Shown here: in pieces, positions 28,647 to 37,481 of the stretch
How the letters are laid out: each line of letters begins with the position of its first letter
Position numbering within the stretch: the first letter of the stretch is position 1
From: Elusimicrobiota bacterium
Lineage (GTDB): Bacteria; CG03; SLGR01; JBDRKX01
Direction of reading: 5' to 3'
Assembly (NCBI GenBank): GCA_043813605.1
Contig: JBDRKX010000060.1
Coordinates: 1 to 38,994 of the forward strand
DNA length: 38,994 nt
Notes under the pieces: generated by a model
Told to the model about the DNA's origin: nothing
Databases searched by the model: none
Seen by the model: the letters and a program-made list of their open reading frames with translations, nothing else
Position numbers and translations under genes: made by a program

Positions 28647-29586
28647 TTTGAGACATCGTGTCGGATTTTGGCTGGCCTTTATCAAGAGGACTGCTGTAGA
28701 AACGCTGTGTTTGATAAGCAAAATCTATATCCGGGTGTGCGGCAAACTCATGCAGAATATCTTCCCAGATGGCCTGACTGCTCCCCCGGCGATTCCTCGG
28801 TTCGCACAGGTATCTGACTGTCAGCATCACTCCGCTGTCCTTTACTGTCGTATAGACGGTGGGTGTAAGCGTTGAATAGAAGATGAAATATTTTCTTGCG
28901 GCTCTTTTCACTTTGTCTGCCGCCGATTCCGTCAGTTGTTCCGCATGCTCACTCGCTATCTTTTTCAGTATCGCCTTTGCCTTCTCCCAATTACTCTCGA
29001 ATGTCACAAGAACAGGGATCTCGTTCCATATATACTGAAACCCTTTACTGTAATTGGCCAGCATCTCGGTAAACACCTTCCCGTTAGGGATATGTATTAT
29101 CCTGCCGGTACTCTGATCGGCATCCACCCAGTTCCCTATTTCCAGCAGCGTAAACTGGAACATCCTGATGTCAATAACATCACCGGCATAGTCCGCGATC
29201 TGGATACGGTCACCGACTTCCATCGGCCGGCGCCATATGATAAATATCCATGCCGCTATATTTGCTACCGGGTCCTTGAGGGCTATAGCCAGTCCCGCCG
29301 AAAGCAGTCCCAGGAAAGTACCTATATGCCTGAATCCCTGTATCCATATCCTGGCAATAATCAGGATGCTAAGTAATGACGCTATAAAATTAGTGGCTTT
29401 TCTGAACTGATAGCGATGACGCAGTTTTTTAAGGCGCCGCGCCGAGAATCTTTGTACTATCCCGTGTAATAACCATATGGCAAACAAGACAACAGCTGAC
29501 AACAGGATCTTTCCCTGTATTTCAGGATTTAATCCTGCAATCTTCTCTATTAGTTGAACCAATTTTGTAATATAGGAAATAACCAT
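28627..29586 (-). CDS. mscS: Small-conductance mechanosensitive channel (MscS family)
   Basis: GLLSAGLAIALKD, RPMEVGDRIQI...GDVIDI, GRIIHIPN, IDFAY. Confidence 0.9.
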   Translation of the reverse strand: MVISYITKLVQLIEKIAGLNPEIQGKILLSAVVLFAIWLLHGIVQRFSARRLKKLRHRYQFRKATNFIASLLSILIIARIWIQGFRHIGTFLGLLSAGLAIALKDPVANIAAWIFIIWRRPMEVGDRIQIADYAGDVIDIRMFQFTLLEIGNWVDADQSTGRIIHIPNGKVFTEMLANYSKGFQYIWNEIPVLVTFESNWEKAKAILKKIASEHAEQLTESAADKVKRAARKYFIFYSTLTPTVYTTVKDSGVMLTVRYLCEPRNRRGSSQAIWEDILHEFAAHPDIDFAYQTQRFYSSPLDKGQPKSDTMSQNEEKDT

Positions 29587-29618
29587 ACATATATTTCTAA
29601 TCTATAACAGAATTATTG

Positions 29619-29753
29619 TCAAACCCGGCTCACTCTCCGGTATAGGTATATGTCGGAAACTTCTCCGAAACCATATGCGGCCAGAACAGAGATAAGGTCC
29701 TTCAGCCGGACAAGGTCGTCTTTGCTTATTTTCGCAAGGTTAAAAACATTCAT
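29619..29753 (-). pseudogene. 44-aa remnant resembling the N-terminus of an AarF/UbiB (ABC1) kinase
   Basis: Manual translation MNVFNLAKISKDDLVRLKDLISVLAAYGFGEVSDIYLYRRVSRV*, with GAGGG upstream. RL..LISVLA.YGFGE resembles the UbiB N-terminal helix. Confidence 0.55.
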
Positions 29754-29796
29754 ATCATGCCCTCGCTTAAGTCAACTTTTTTCTTGCAGACGACAG

Positions 29797-29825
29797 TTGC
29801 CGTGCGTTGTTTATCAATGTATAAT
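29797..29825 (+). promoter_or_regulatory. Sigma70-type promoter upstream of the DsrE gene
   Basis: TTGCCG-N17-TATAAT. Confidence 0.65.
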
Positions 29826-29890
29826 ATAAAACAGTAAAAAATGACAGTCAATGCGATATCGGGATTGTCGTATGACGAAAGAAGTTATAT

Positions 29891-30226
29891 ATGGTAAAAA
29901 CGATACTTATCAACAGTACAGGCTTAGGGCACGGCGACGAAAAACTCGGTGAAAAACTGATGGGGTCTTTTTTGAGAAAACTCTGGGCAAACAGCGACAA
30001 GCCGGAAAAAATAGTGTTCTACAATTCCGGTGTCAAGCTTCTCGCAAAAGGATCCAATGTACTGGATGCTCTTGATTCACTTTTGAAAGCGGGTGTCGAC
30101 CTTATAGCATGCGGTACCTGTATGGGGTATTACGGTTTAAACGACGACATTGTACTGGGCCGGATCAGCAATATGCAGGAAATTGTTGAAATACTGATAT
30201 CCTCGGAAGGAACCCTGACTGTATAA
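29891..30226 (+). CDS. DsrE-family protein (stand-alone C-terminal domain of YedF-like proteins)
   Basis: GLGHGDEKLGEKLM, FYNSGVKL, ACGTC..YYGL, GRISNM. Confidence 0.85.
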   Translation: MVKTILINSTGLGHGDEKLGEKLMGSFLRKLWANSDKPEKIVFYNSGVKLLAKGSNVLDALDSLLKAGVDLIACGTCMGYYGLNDDIVLGRISNMQEIVEILISSEGTLTV

Positions 30227-30240
30227 ACACAACTGAAAAA

Positions 30241-30714
30241 ATGGAACTGTTCATTGTTGTTATGAGCGTCATTTCTATAGGAGTTCTTATATATGTTCCT
30301 GGCAGGCTCGGCAGCAGCATCCCCAATGCCGGCGAGATCAAAAGAAGCATGAATGCATTGGAAGAACTAATGAATATGGCAGCAGATTTTTAAGCCGAAG
30401 ACTATCAGGCCAATGTGGCAAAAAGAAAATCCGCGGTAGATTCGGTATTTTCGGCTATCCCCGGCTCGACCAGTATCTCCGACGCTTTGGCAGAAGATGA
30501 ACTTAAATTCAGAATTGATATCAATAACAGCTCCGTTTCGGAGATAATAGACGAGTACCTCAGAATAGTTTCCGCGCGCAAGGAATACCTTGAAGATCTG
30601 CCCAAAGTCGGCAAGATACTGCAGAACAAGGAGAACGAGGGCGTCTATAAATTGACAGGAACAGAGAAAACTGCGTTCCCCGCAGACACATCTTTCCCGG
30701 GAACAGGTTGTTAA
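30241..30714 (+). pseudogene. Membrane-anchored hypothetical protein interrupted by one in-frame TAA
   Basis: MELFIVVMSVISIGVLIYVP...NMAADF, TAA at 30391-30393, then AEDYQANVAKRK... in the same frame as the listed ORF 30415..30714. Confidence 0.55.
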
Positions 30715-30759
30715 AAGATCCAGTTTCTGCTTAAATACAAAAAAGGAGATTTACTTGTT

Positions 30760-31275
30760 ATGTTTGCCAGTAAGACCATCAAAGAACTGAAAATCGGTGA
30801 TTCGGAAAGCGTTTCCATCACAATAACAGAAGAACACATAAATGCGTTTGCGAAAGCCACTGATGATTACAACCCTCTTCATATGGACAGCGCATATGCC
30901 GCGGGAACTCCTTTCGGGGCAAGGGTGGCGCACGGGGTACTTCTGACAGGGATAGTATCCGGCATATTAGGGACAAAGCTGCCCGGCCTCGGTACGGTAG
31001 CGCGGGAAATGAGCGCAAAATTCAGCAATCCCGCTTATATCGGAGATACCGTTACTGCAACAATAGAGCTTGTGGAAATAAAAGAAAGAATCAATATGTG
31101 TACATTCAAGTACACGGTAGTCAATCAGGACGGAAAGCTTGTGGTAAAAGGCAAAGCTGTCGTACTGCCAAAAAATAGAATAACCGGATATAATAATACC
31201 TGCATCTTAGTGTTCTTACTCACAATAGCCCGCTGGTTCGTAACGGGTTTTGATATAATTTTCTTTTTGATATAA
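30760..31275 (+). CDS. MaoC/PhaJ-like (R)-enoyl-CoA hydratase with an atypical hydrophobic C-terminal extension
   Basis: DDYNPLH catalytic motif, VAHG, GTKLPG.GT, F..P.YIGDT; AAGGAG RBS. The fold ends at about VVLPK (about 31173). Confidence 0.88.
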   Translation: MFASKTIKELKIGDSESVSITITEEHINAFAKATDDYNPLHMDSAYAAGTPFGARVAHGVLLTGIVSGILGTKLPGLGTVAREMSAKFSNPAYIGDTVTATIELVEIKERINMCTFKYTVVNQDGKLVVKGKAVVLPKNRITGYNNTCILVFLLTIARWFVTGFDIIFFLI

Positions 31276-31331
31276 AATTGTTTTTTGTTTATCGGCACAG
31301 GATATATACTAGCGGATTTCAGTAATTAAGC

Positions 31332-32340
31332 ATGTTTTTTATCTCTCAGACAATAGCCAAATACCTGATTTTTCTTCTTCTTGTCTTTTATTTATATTTT
31401 ATATATATCTTTTTATACAGAAACGAGATCAAAAAGACCTTATTCCTGTTTATGTCTCTTCTGCCTCTGGTAATACTTTATTTTGCCAGTCCGAACAGCC
31501 GTATTTACTCTTACCACGGTTTCCAGCATGCTGCATTCACATACCGCATACTAAACAACGGTATCCCGCCTATGAATCCGCTTTTCCCCGGCCAACCGCT
31601 GTTATACCCATGGGGATTTCACTGCCTTGCCGGAATTACATGTAGATTGTTCAGTGTAACCCCGTTCCATTCTTTTGCATTGATAAACATACTCTCGCTT
31701 TTTTTATCCGTATTGCTGGTCTACCGCATCTCGTCTCTAGTTATAAAAGACAGGGCCGCCAATGTCTTTTCGGTATTGATATCTATATATGGATTTACCT
31801 TTATCAACCCCAGGCTCCTCTTCCCCAATGCAGCAAACTACAGTTTCCTGATCGAACAGAGAGGTCTGCCGGTTATCCTTAAATTCTTCAATACAATGGG
31901 TAAGAAACAGTACTCCAAAAGAGAGTGTTTTTGTCGATCTGTCTCTGGATATACCTGTATACGGTCAACGATCGTTATTTATAGGAATGGACACGGAGTT
32001 TTTTACCGGCGATATTGTGCCGGACTATTATCTTGGCTACGGCAACCCGGTTATCGACATCCTGGATCAGACAGGGCAGAATTTGCATGAGATCAGACTT
32101 AGGCAAACGATCGTTAAAAACATTTATTCCGAAACAACTGACGGCAATTCCTTTGATAATGCAATTAAATATCTCTCTTCACTTGATGGGCCGGTATATA
32201 TTGTTGTACGCAAAAAAACATTTTTCAATAAATCCTATGACCGCGAGGCTCTTCTGAAGAAAATAACTGGGAACCCGGATATCAGACAAGTTTTCAGTTC
32301 ATCCGCTAACAGGATACCTGTTTACTTGCTGAAGGTATGA
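31332..32340 (+). pseudogene. Disrupted polytopic membrane protein (GT-C/DUF2298-like), frame switch near 31890
   Basis: The first frame gives TMs plus IPPMNPLFPGQPLLYPWGFH up to ILKFFN. The +1 frame gives QWVRNSTPKESVFVD...PVYGQRSLFIG, continuing into ORF 31987..32340. Confidence 0.6.
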
Positions 32341-32351
32341 AAAAGTGCAGA

Positions 32352-32783
32352 TTATTTTGCGCCGTGTCTTTTCAAAAGCTCTGCTGTATCGTTATTCTCA
32401 AGAAATGATGCGAACATCAATACCGAGACACCGTCATTTGTCTTTCTCCCGATATCCGCACCGTATTTAATAAGAAGCTCTGCTGTTTCTGCTGAATTGT
32501 TACCTGCAGCAAACATAAGGGCGGTCATACCGTCTGGAGCCTGTTCGTCTACCCCTTCCCCATTCTGGAGCAGGCGGTTAACCTCATCAATATCATTAGA
32601 GGCTACTGCCGCCATCAGCGGCGTGATCTCATCCCTTCTGTAATTCTCTATATTTGACCTTTGCTTCAAAAGTGTTTTTGCCGTTTTAATGCTGTTATTC
32701 TGGAATGAAATACTCCTCATGTAAAAAGAAGAGCACAAAAACAGAGCAAAAATCAAGAAAAATAATTGTAATTTTATTCTCAT
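32352..32783 (-). CDS. Exported or membrane-anchored ankyrin repeat protein
   Basis: Hydrophobic N-terminus; TPLMAA..., GMTALMFAA...ELLIKYGAD, GVSVLMFA...ELLKRHGA (about 3 repeats). Confidence 0.88.
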   Translation of the reverse strand: MRIKLQLFFLIFALFLCSSFYMRSISFQNNSIKTAKTLLKQRSNIENYRRDEITPLMAAVASNDIDEVNRLLQNGEGVDEQAPDGMTALMFAAGNNSAETAELLIKYGADIGRKTNDGVSVLMFASFLENNDTAELLKRHGAK

Positions 32784-32939
32784 ATTATTGTTATTCTTTC
32801 CATATTATAACACATATCTGTTGCCGGGTCTAATTGTTATGTTTGAAATATTTACTCCTAAATAATAGAATAGTCCTGTTGATGACTGTTGGGATCTACC
32901 CATTGTCATTATAAAATCTATATACCCGTAACATTAAAA

Positions 32940-34793
32940 ATGATCAAAATAAACAATTTATCGAAATCGTACGGCCCGCAGGTCCTTTTTGCTGACTTGA
33001 ACTTCAATATTAACAAAGGTGAGCGCATAGGACTGATCGGAAGGAACGGGCACGGTAAAACAACGCTGTTCCAGATGATACTGGGCAATATAGAATCCGA
33101 CTCCGGAGAGATCATCATCCCGGCAGATTACAGAATAGGTCATCTGAAACAGCAGATATCCTTTTCTCACAGCAATGTACTTGATGAAGCATCTTCAGGG
33201 CTCCCTGAAAATGAACGAAACGATATCTGGAAAGCTAAAAAAATCCTTCTGGGACTGGGGTTCAGTGAAGATGATTTTATCAGGGATCCGCTGTCTTTTT
33301 CAAGCGGTTTTCAGATAAGACTGAATCTTGCCAAAGAGATCGTTTCCGAGCCCGATCTTCTGCTGCTTGATGAGCCCAACAACTATCTTGATATCATTTC
33401 TATACGATGGCTTATAACTTTTCTGAACTCCTGCAGAAAGGAACTGATGCTCATCACTCATGACAGGAACTTCATGGACAGCATTACAACCCATACCATG
33501 ATAATTCACCGTAATGCCGTAAGAAAATTCAAAGGCGGGACCGATAATGTTTTCAGGCAGATCGCAAAAGAAGAAGAAATATTCGAAAAAACACGGTTAA
33601 ACTATGAAAAGAAGAAACAGAAGACAGCAGATTATATACGCAGGTTCAGGGCAAAAGCGAGGATGGCCAAATCTGTGCAATCCAGCATAAAAGCCCTGGC
33701 AAAACATGAAAAGCTCGTAAAACTGGATAATATCAGAAAACTTGACTTTGCTTTTAATTCAGCTCCGTTTACAACTACACAGATGATGAATATAACCGAT
33801 ATCTCCTTTTCATACAGTGATAACGTTCACTGCCTGTTTAAAGACCTGTCATTTAATGTCAACAATAATGACCGTATATGCATTATGGGTAAAAACGGCA
33901 AAGGGAAAACAACCCTGCTTAAAATACTTGCCGGTCTCCTCAGTCCTGATTCGGGCGCAATTAAGAAACATGCTAAACTGAAAACCGGGTATTATGCAGA
34001 ATCAGATATATCCACGCTCAATGATCACAAAAGCGTTTATGAGGAAATAATGGGTTTCAACAACGAATGCATTATCCAGCAGGTGCGCAATATCTGCGGA
34101 ACACTGATGTTTGACGGAGACAATGCTCTAAAAAATATCTCGGTACTCTCCGGCGGTGAAAAAAGCAGGGTACTCCTGGGCAAACTGCTTGTAAAACCGT
34201 GCAATCTTCTTCTTCTGGATGAGCCCACGAACCATCTGGACATGGAATCATGCGATGCCATACTTGATGCGATAGACGCATTCAGCGGCGCTGTTATACT
34301 TGTAACCCACAATGAGGAATTTCTCCACAGGATTGCAACGCGGCTGATTGTTTTCAACCGGAACAAGCTATCTCTTTTTGAAGGCACTTACCAGGATTTT
34401 CTTGACGATATAGGCTGGGAGGATGAAAAAGAGTATCCTGAAGACAAGGGGACAGATGGCGATCAGGATACGGGATCAAGTGATAAGAAAACAGTGAAAA
34501 TACTGAAAGCCCGGCTTAGACAACAACGTTTTAACGTCCTCACTCCTTTAGAAGAAAAACTTAAGGAATATGAACAGAGAATAACTAAAATGGAACATGA
34601 ATATGAAGAAAACAATGAACTCCTCATACAGGCTTCTATAGAAGGCAACGGTACCGCTATAGCCGAATTATCAAAAAAGGGCCCTCTTTTAAAAGCTGAT
34701 ATTAACGATTTTTATTCGAAACTGGAAAAGACTACAGCAGTTTATGAAGAAAGGCGCGGTTTCTTTAAAAATGAACTCGAAAAACTGGGATAG
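32940..34793 (+). CDS. ABC-F family ATPase (YheS/Uup-like) with a C-terminal coiled coil
   Basis: Two NBDs (GRNGHGKTT...DEPNNYLD; GKNGKGKTT...LSGGEK...DEPTNHLD), RRFRAKA linker, no TM segments. Start placed at the ATG at 32940. Confidence 0.92.
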   Translation: MIKINNLSKSYGPQVLFADLNFNINKGERIGLIGRNGHGKTTLFQMILGNIESDSGEIIIPADYRIGHLKQQISFSHSNVLDEASSGLPENERNDIWKAKKILLGLGFSEDDFIRDPLSFSSGFQIRLNLAKEIVSEPDLLLLDEPNNYLDIISIRWLITFLNSCRKELMLITHDRNFMDSITTHTMIIHRNAVRKFKGGTDNVFRQIAKEEEIFEKTRLNYEKKKQKTADYIRRFRAKARMAKSVQSSIKALAKHEKLVKLDNIRKLDFAFNSAPFTTTQMMNITDISFSYSDNVHCLFKDLSFNVNNNDRICIMGKNGKGKTTLLKILAGLLSPDSGAIKKHAKLKTGYYAESDISTLNDHKSVYEEIMGFNNECIIQQVRNICGTLMFDGDNALKNISVLSGGEKSRVLLGKLLVKPCNLLLLDEPTNHLDMESCDAILDAIDAFSGAVILVTHNEEFLHRIATRLIVFNRNKLSLFEGTYQDFLDDIGWEDEKEYPEDKGTDGDQDTGSSDKKTVKILKARLRQQRFNVLTPLEEKLKEYEQRITKMEHEYEENNELLIQASIEGNGTAIAELSKKGPLLKADINDFYSKLEKTTAVYEERRGFFKNELEKLG

Positions 34794-34801
34794 TTACGAG
34801 A

Positions 34802-35491
34802 TTATATATTGTACCGTATTTCTATTATGTCGCTGTCCTTGATTATATAATCCCTGTTGACAACTTTTGCCAATCCCCTTTTTTTGGCATCATTCATACT
34901 GTGACAGGTCACCATGTCTTCGAACGGTACAACATCCGCCCTTATGAAGCCCCGGGCGAGGTCGGTATGTATTTTCCCGGCGCAGCTTACAATATCTGAA
35001 CTCTTTTCCACCGGCCAGGCCCGGACCTCATCCTTGCCGACAGTATAAAAGAAGACCACCTGCGCTTTATCCAGCGCCGATTTAATAATATCATTGACAT
35101 CAGGGATATCGTCGAGTATAACCACAGGTTTTACACTTATTATTGACAATGCGCGCAGTCTATCCCGCTCATCGTCGGTTAGCACAGCGTCGCACAATGG
35201 AAGTTCTTCTTCAAGGTATTTAATACTTTTATTCATAAGCTCTATCTCGGAACTATCGGAAGTGTTACTGAGCCTTGTTTCGCACTTCCCGATATCAATG
35301 ATAAGCAGGTCCAGGAGACAGCTCCTTTCCAATACTATGGTATCTGCCTGGACATATTCATTTTTAATGAACTCCGCATAAAAAGGAGTAGTTTTTTTGG
35401 GATTATAATTCTTTGACAATACCTCTAATCTGGTATCTTTATACTTGATCTTCCCTTCCGTCAGATCAAGTCCGCTATAACCTATTTTCAC
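34802..35491 (-). CDS. Miniature YchF-like protein (DUF933/TGS C-terminus) lacking G-domain motifs
   Basis: FFYTVGKDEVRAW, AGKIHTDLARGFIRADV, DYIIKDSDIIEIRYN. The N-terminal DTRL..LSK.YNPKKTTP is retained but there is no GxxxxGKS. Confidence 0.85.
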   Translation of the reverse strand: MKIGYSGLDLTEGKIKYKDTRLEVLSKNYNPKKTTPFYAEFIKNEYVQADTIVLERSCLLDLLIIDIGKCETRLSNTSDSSEIELMNKSIKYLEEELPLCDAVLTDDERDRLRALSIISVKPVVILDDIPDVNDIIKSALDKAQVVFFYTVGKDEVRAWPVEKSSDIVSCAGKIHTDLARGFIRADVVPFEDMVTCHSMNDAKKRGLAKVVNRDYIIKDSDIIEIRYNI

Positions 35492-36581
35492 CTGGTACCT
35501 CCTTTATCCATCCGCCCCCCGCTACTTTTTCTCCCATATAGAAAACCGCTGCCTGACCCGGCGTGATCGCTCTCTGAGGCTGTTTGAACTGCACTTCAAC
35601 ATCATTGTCATTTACCGGTATGACTACTGCTTCGGCTTCAGTATGCCTGTACCTTATTTTTACCGCGACCTCTACTGATCCCATAAGTTTTCCCCGGTCT
35701 ATCCAATTGACTCTTTCTGCGATCAATCTGTCATTGTACAGGTCTTTTTCCTCTCCTATTACGATACTGTTTTCTTCCTGATTAATAGAAATGACATAGG
35801 CCGGTTTATTATGGGCCCCTATGCCCTTCCTCTGCCCTATTGTATAGAATGCAATACCGCTGTGTTCCCCCGCTGTTTCACCCTTCATGTTCTTAATGTA
35901 ACCTGCCCCGAAGCTATCTGCCGTACTGCTGATTTTACTGCCGGATAGCTTTGTTCTCAGGTAATCCCTGTAATCTTTTTCGATGAAGCAGATCTCCTGG
36001 CTGGATGGTTTATCGTACACCTTTAAACCCTGCTCCTTTGCTTTTTTTTTCACTTCCTGCTTTGTGTATTCCCCCAATGGGAAAAGAGTACGGGACAACT
36101 GTTCTTGTGAAAGCATGAACAGGAAATAGGACTGGTCTTTTTTACTGTCTTTCCCCTTTTTAAGGAGGTGCCTTCCGATGGACTTATCGTATTCCACACA
36201 CGCATAATGACCTGTTGCCACGCAGTCAGCCTGCAGTTTCATTGCCTCTCTCATAAGCCGCCCGAATTTCAGCTCCTTATTGCAGATAGCACAAGGATTT
36301 GGAGTACGGCCGCCTAAATATTCGGAACAGAAATAATCTATGATCTTTTCATCAAATTCTTTCCGGCAATTTAATATATGGAAAGGGAATCCTATCTTAG
36401 CGGCAACTTTTGCCGCATCATCGAAGCCCTCTTTTTCGCAGTATGCTGAATCGTATCTGCCCGGAGGATCTGACAGGATCATATTTATGCCTATAATATC
36501 ATATCCCTGCCCGGACAGTAATCCGGCAGCTACGGAAGAATCGAGCCCTCCGCTCATTGCAACAGCAACACGCTTTTTCAT
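35475..36581 (-). CDS. mnmA: tRNA 2-thiouridine(34) synthase MnmA
   Basis: AMSGGLDSS, TPNPCAICN, ATGHYA, KDQSYFL, SQEICF, YTIGQRKG, AITPGQ. Start at the ATG at 36581 (ATGA overlap with the upstream gene). Confidence 0.96.
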   Translation of the reverse strand: MKKRVAVAMSGGLDSSVAAGLLSGQGYDIIGINMILSDPPGRYDSAYCEKEGFDDAAKVAAKIGFPFHILNCRKEFDEKIIDYFCSEYLGGRTPNPCAICNKELKFGRLMREAMKLQADCVATGHYACVEYDKSIGRHLLKKGKDSKKDQSYFLFMLSQEQLSRTLFPLGEYTKQEVKKKAKEQGLKVYDKPSSQEICFIEKDYRDYLRTKLSGSKISSTADSFGAGYIKNMKGETAGEHSGIAFYTIGQRKGIGAHNKPAYVISINQEENSIVIGEEKDLYNDRLIAERVNWIDRGKLMGSVEVAVKIRYRHTEAEAVVIPVNDNDVEVQFKQPQRAITPGQAAVFYMGEKVAGGGWIKEVPGENRL

Positions 36582-37480
36582 TTCAGGAAATAATTGCTGA
36601 AATACCCGGCAGCAAGTGAAAACAGGCAAATGACTGTAAGATAAAGCGACAACACCCTGTTGCCGAATTCCTTCCTTACTACCAATATGGTCCCGTAACT
36701 TGTAATGGGCCCGGCGAGAAGCAGCACCATACCCGCTCCGATCATCATGCCCTGTGATACAAGAGCATGTACCAGCGGTACGCTGGCAGTCGAACAGATA
36801 TACATAATAAGCCCGAATATCAATGCAAAGCCGTATCCCAAGTCAGAAACAAGGTAGGTGCCTATAAAGTCTCTCACGGGCGCAATGGAAGAGACCGCTG
36901 ACGCCAATAATATACCGATCACCAGTTCAAACCCGATCTCTTTAGGTATATCAATAAACCCGAAAGAAAAAGCTGATATAACCCGCTTCTTAAAGCCTTT
37001 TTCGTGATGAGCGTGGCCGCTGTCCCTGCGCTCTTCGCACATCGGGCAATCACCTCCCTTAGACTCGGCCGGTTCAAAGGGAAAAATATTTCCGATGAGC
37101 CCGATAATTAGCCCCATTAAAACCACTGATATGCATAGATATAAAGTAAAACCGAAACCCATCAGACGCCAGGTTACCAGGATAGCCGTAGCCGAAGTTG
37201 CCGGTGTTGCGACAAGGAAAGCCAGAATCGGGCCCAGCGGAACTCCTTTTTTTCGGAATCCCATTGCAATCGGCAGCGATCCGAAACAGCAAAGAGGCAG
37301 AAAAATACCCAAAATAGTCACATATATGATGGGCTTTATGCCTTTTTGGCTTAAATGCCGGGTAACTAATGACTGCGGCACAAACTCGTGAATAAGGCCG
37401 CTTAACAGGAACCCTACTGCTACACTCGGAGCTATCTCTACAAAATAATGTTTAAGTATATCTATGAATTGTATGATCAT
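36578..37480 (-). CDS. DUF318/ArsP-family permease
   Basis: LPLCCFGSLP, AFLVATP, MYICSTASVP, LLAGP; central CPMC...HAHHE loop. Confidence 0.85.
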   Translation of the reverse strand: MIIQFIDILKHYFVEIAPSVAVGFLLSGLIHEFVPQSLVTRHLSQKGIKPIIYVTILGIFLPLCCFGSLPIAMGFRKKGVPLGPILAFLVATPATSATAILVTWRLMGFGFTLYLCISVVLMGLIIGLIGNIFPFEPAESKGGDCPMCEERRDSGHAHHEKGFKKRVISAFSFGFIDIPKEIGFELVIGILLASAVSSIAPVRDFIGTYLVSDLGYGFALIFGLIMYICSTASVPLVHALVSQGMMIGAGMVLLLAGPITSYGTILVVRKEFGNRVLSLYLTVICLFSLAAGYFSNYFLK

Positions 37481-37481
37481 C

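Noticed and set aside
30391..30393. Selenocysteine or pyrrolysine recoding near the YedF-like DsrE gene
   Set aside because: The in-frame stop is TAA, not TGA or TAG, and all three stop codons terminate normal genes in this window.
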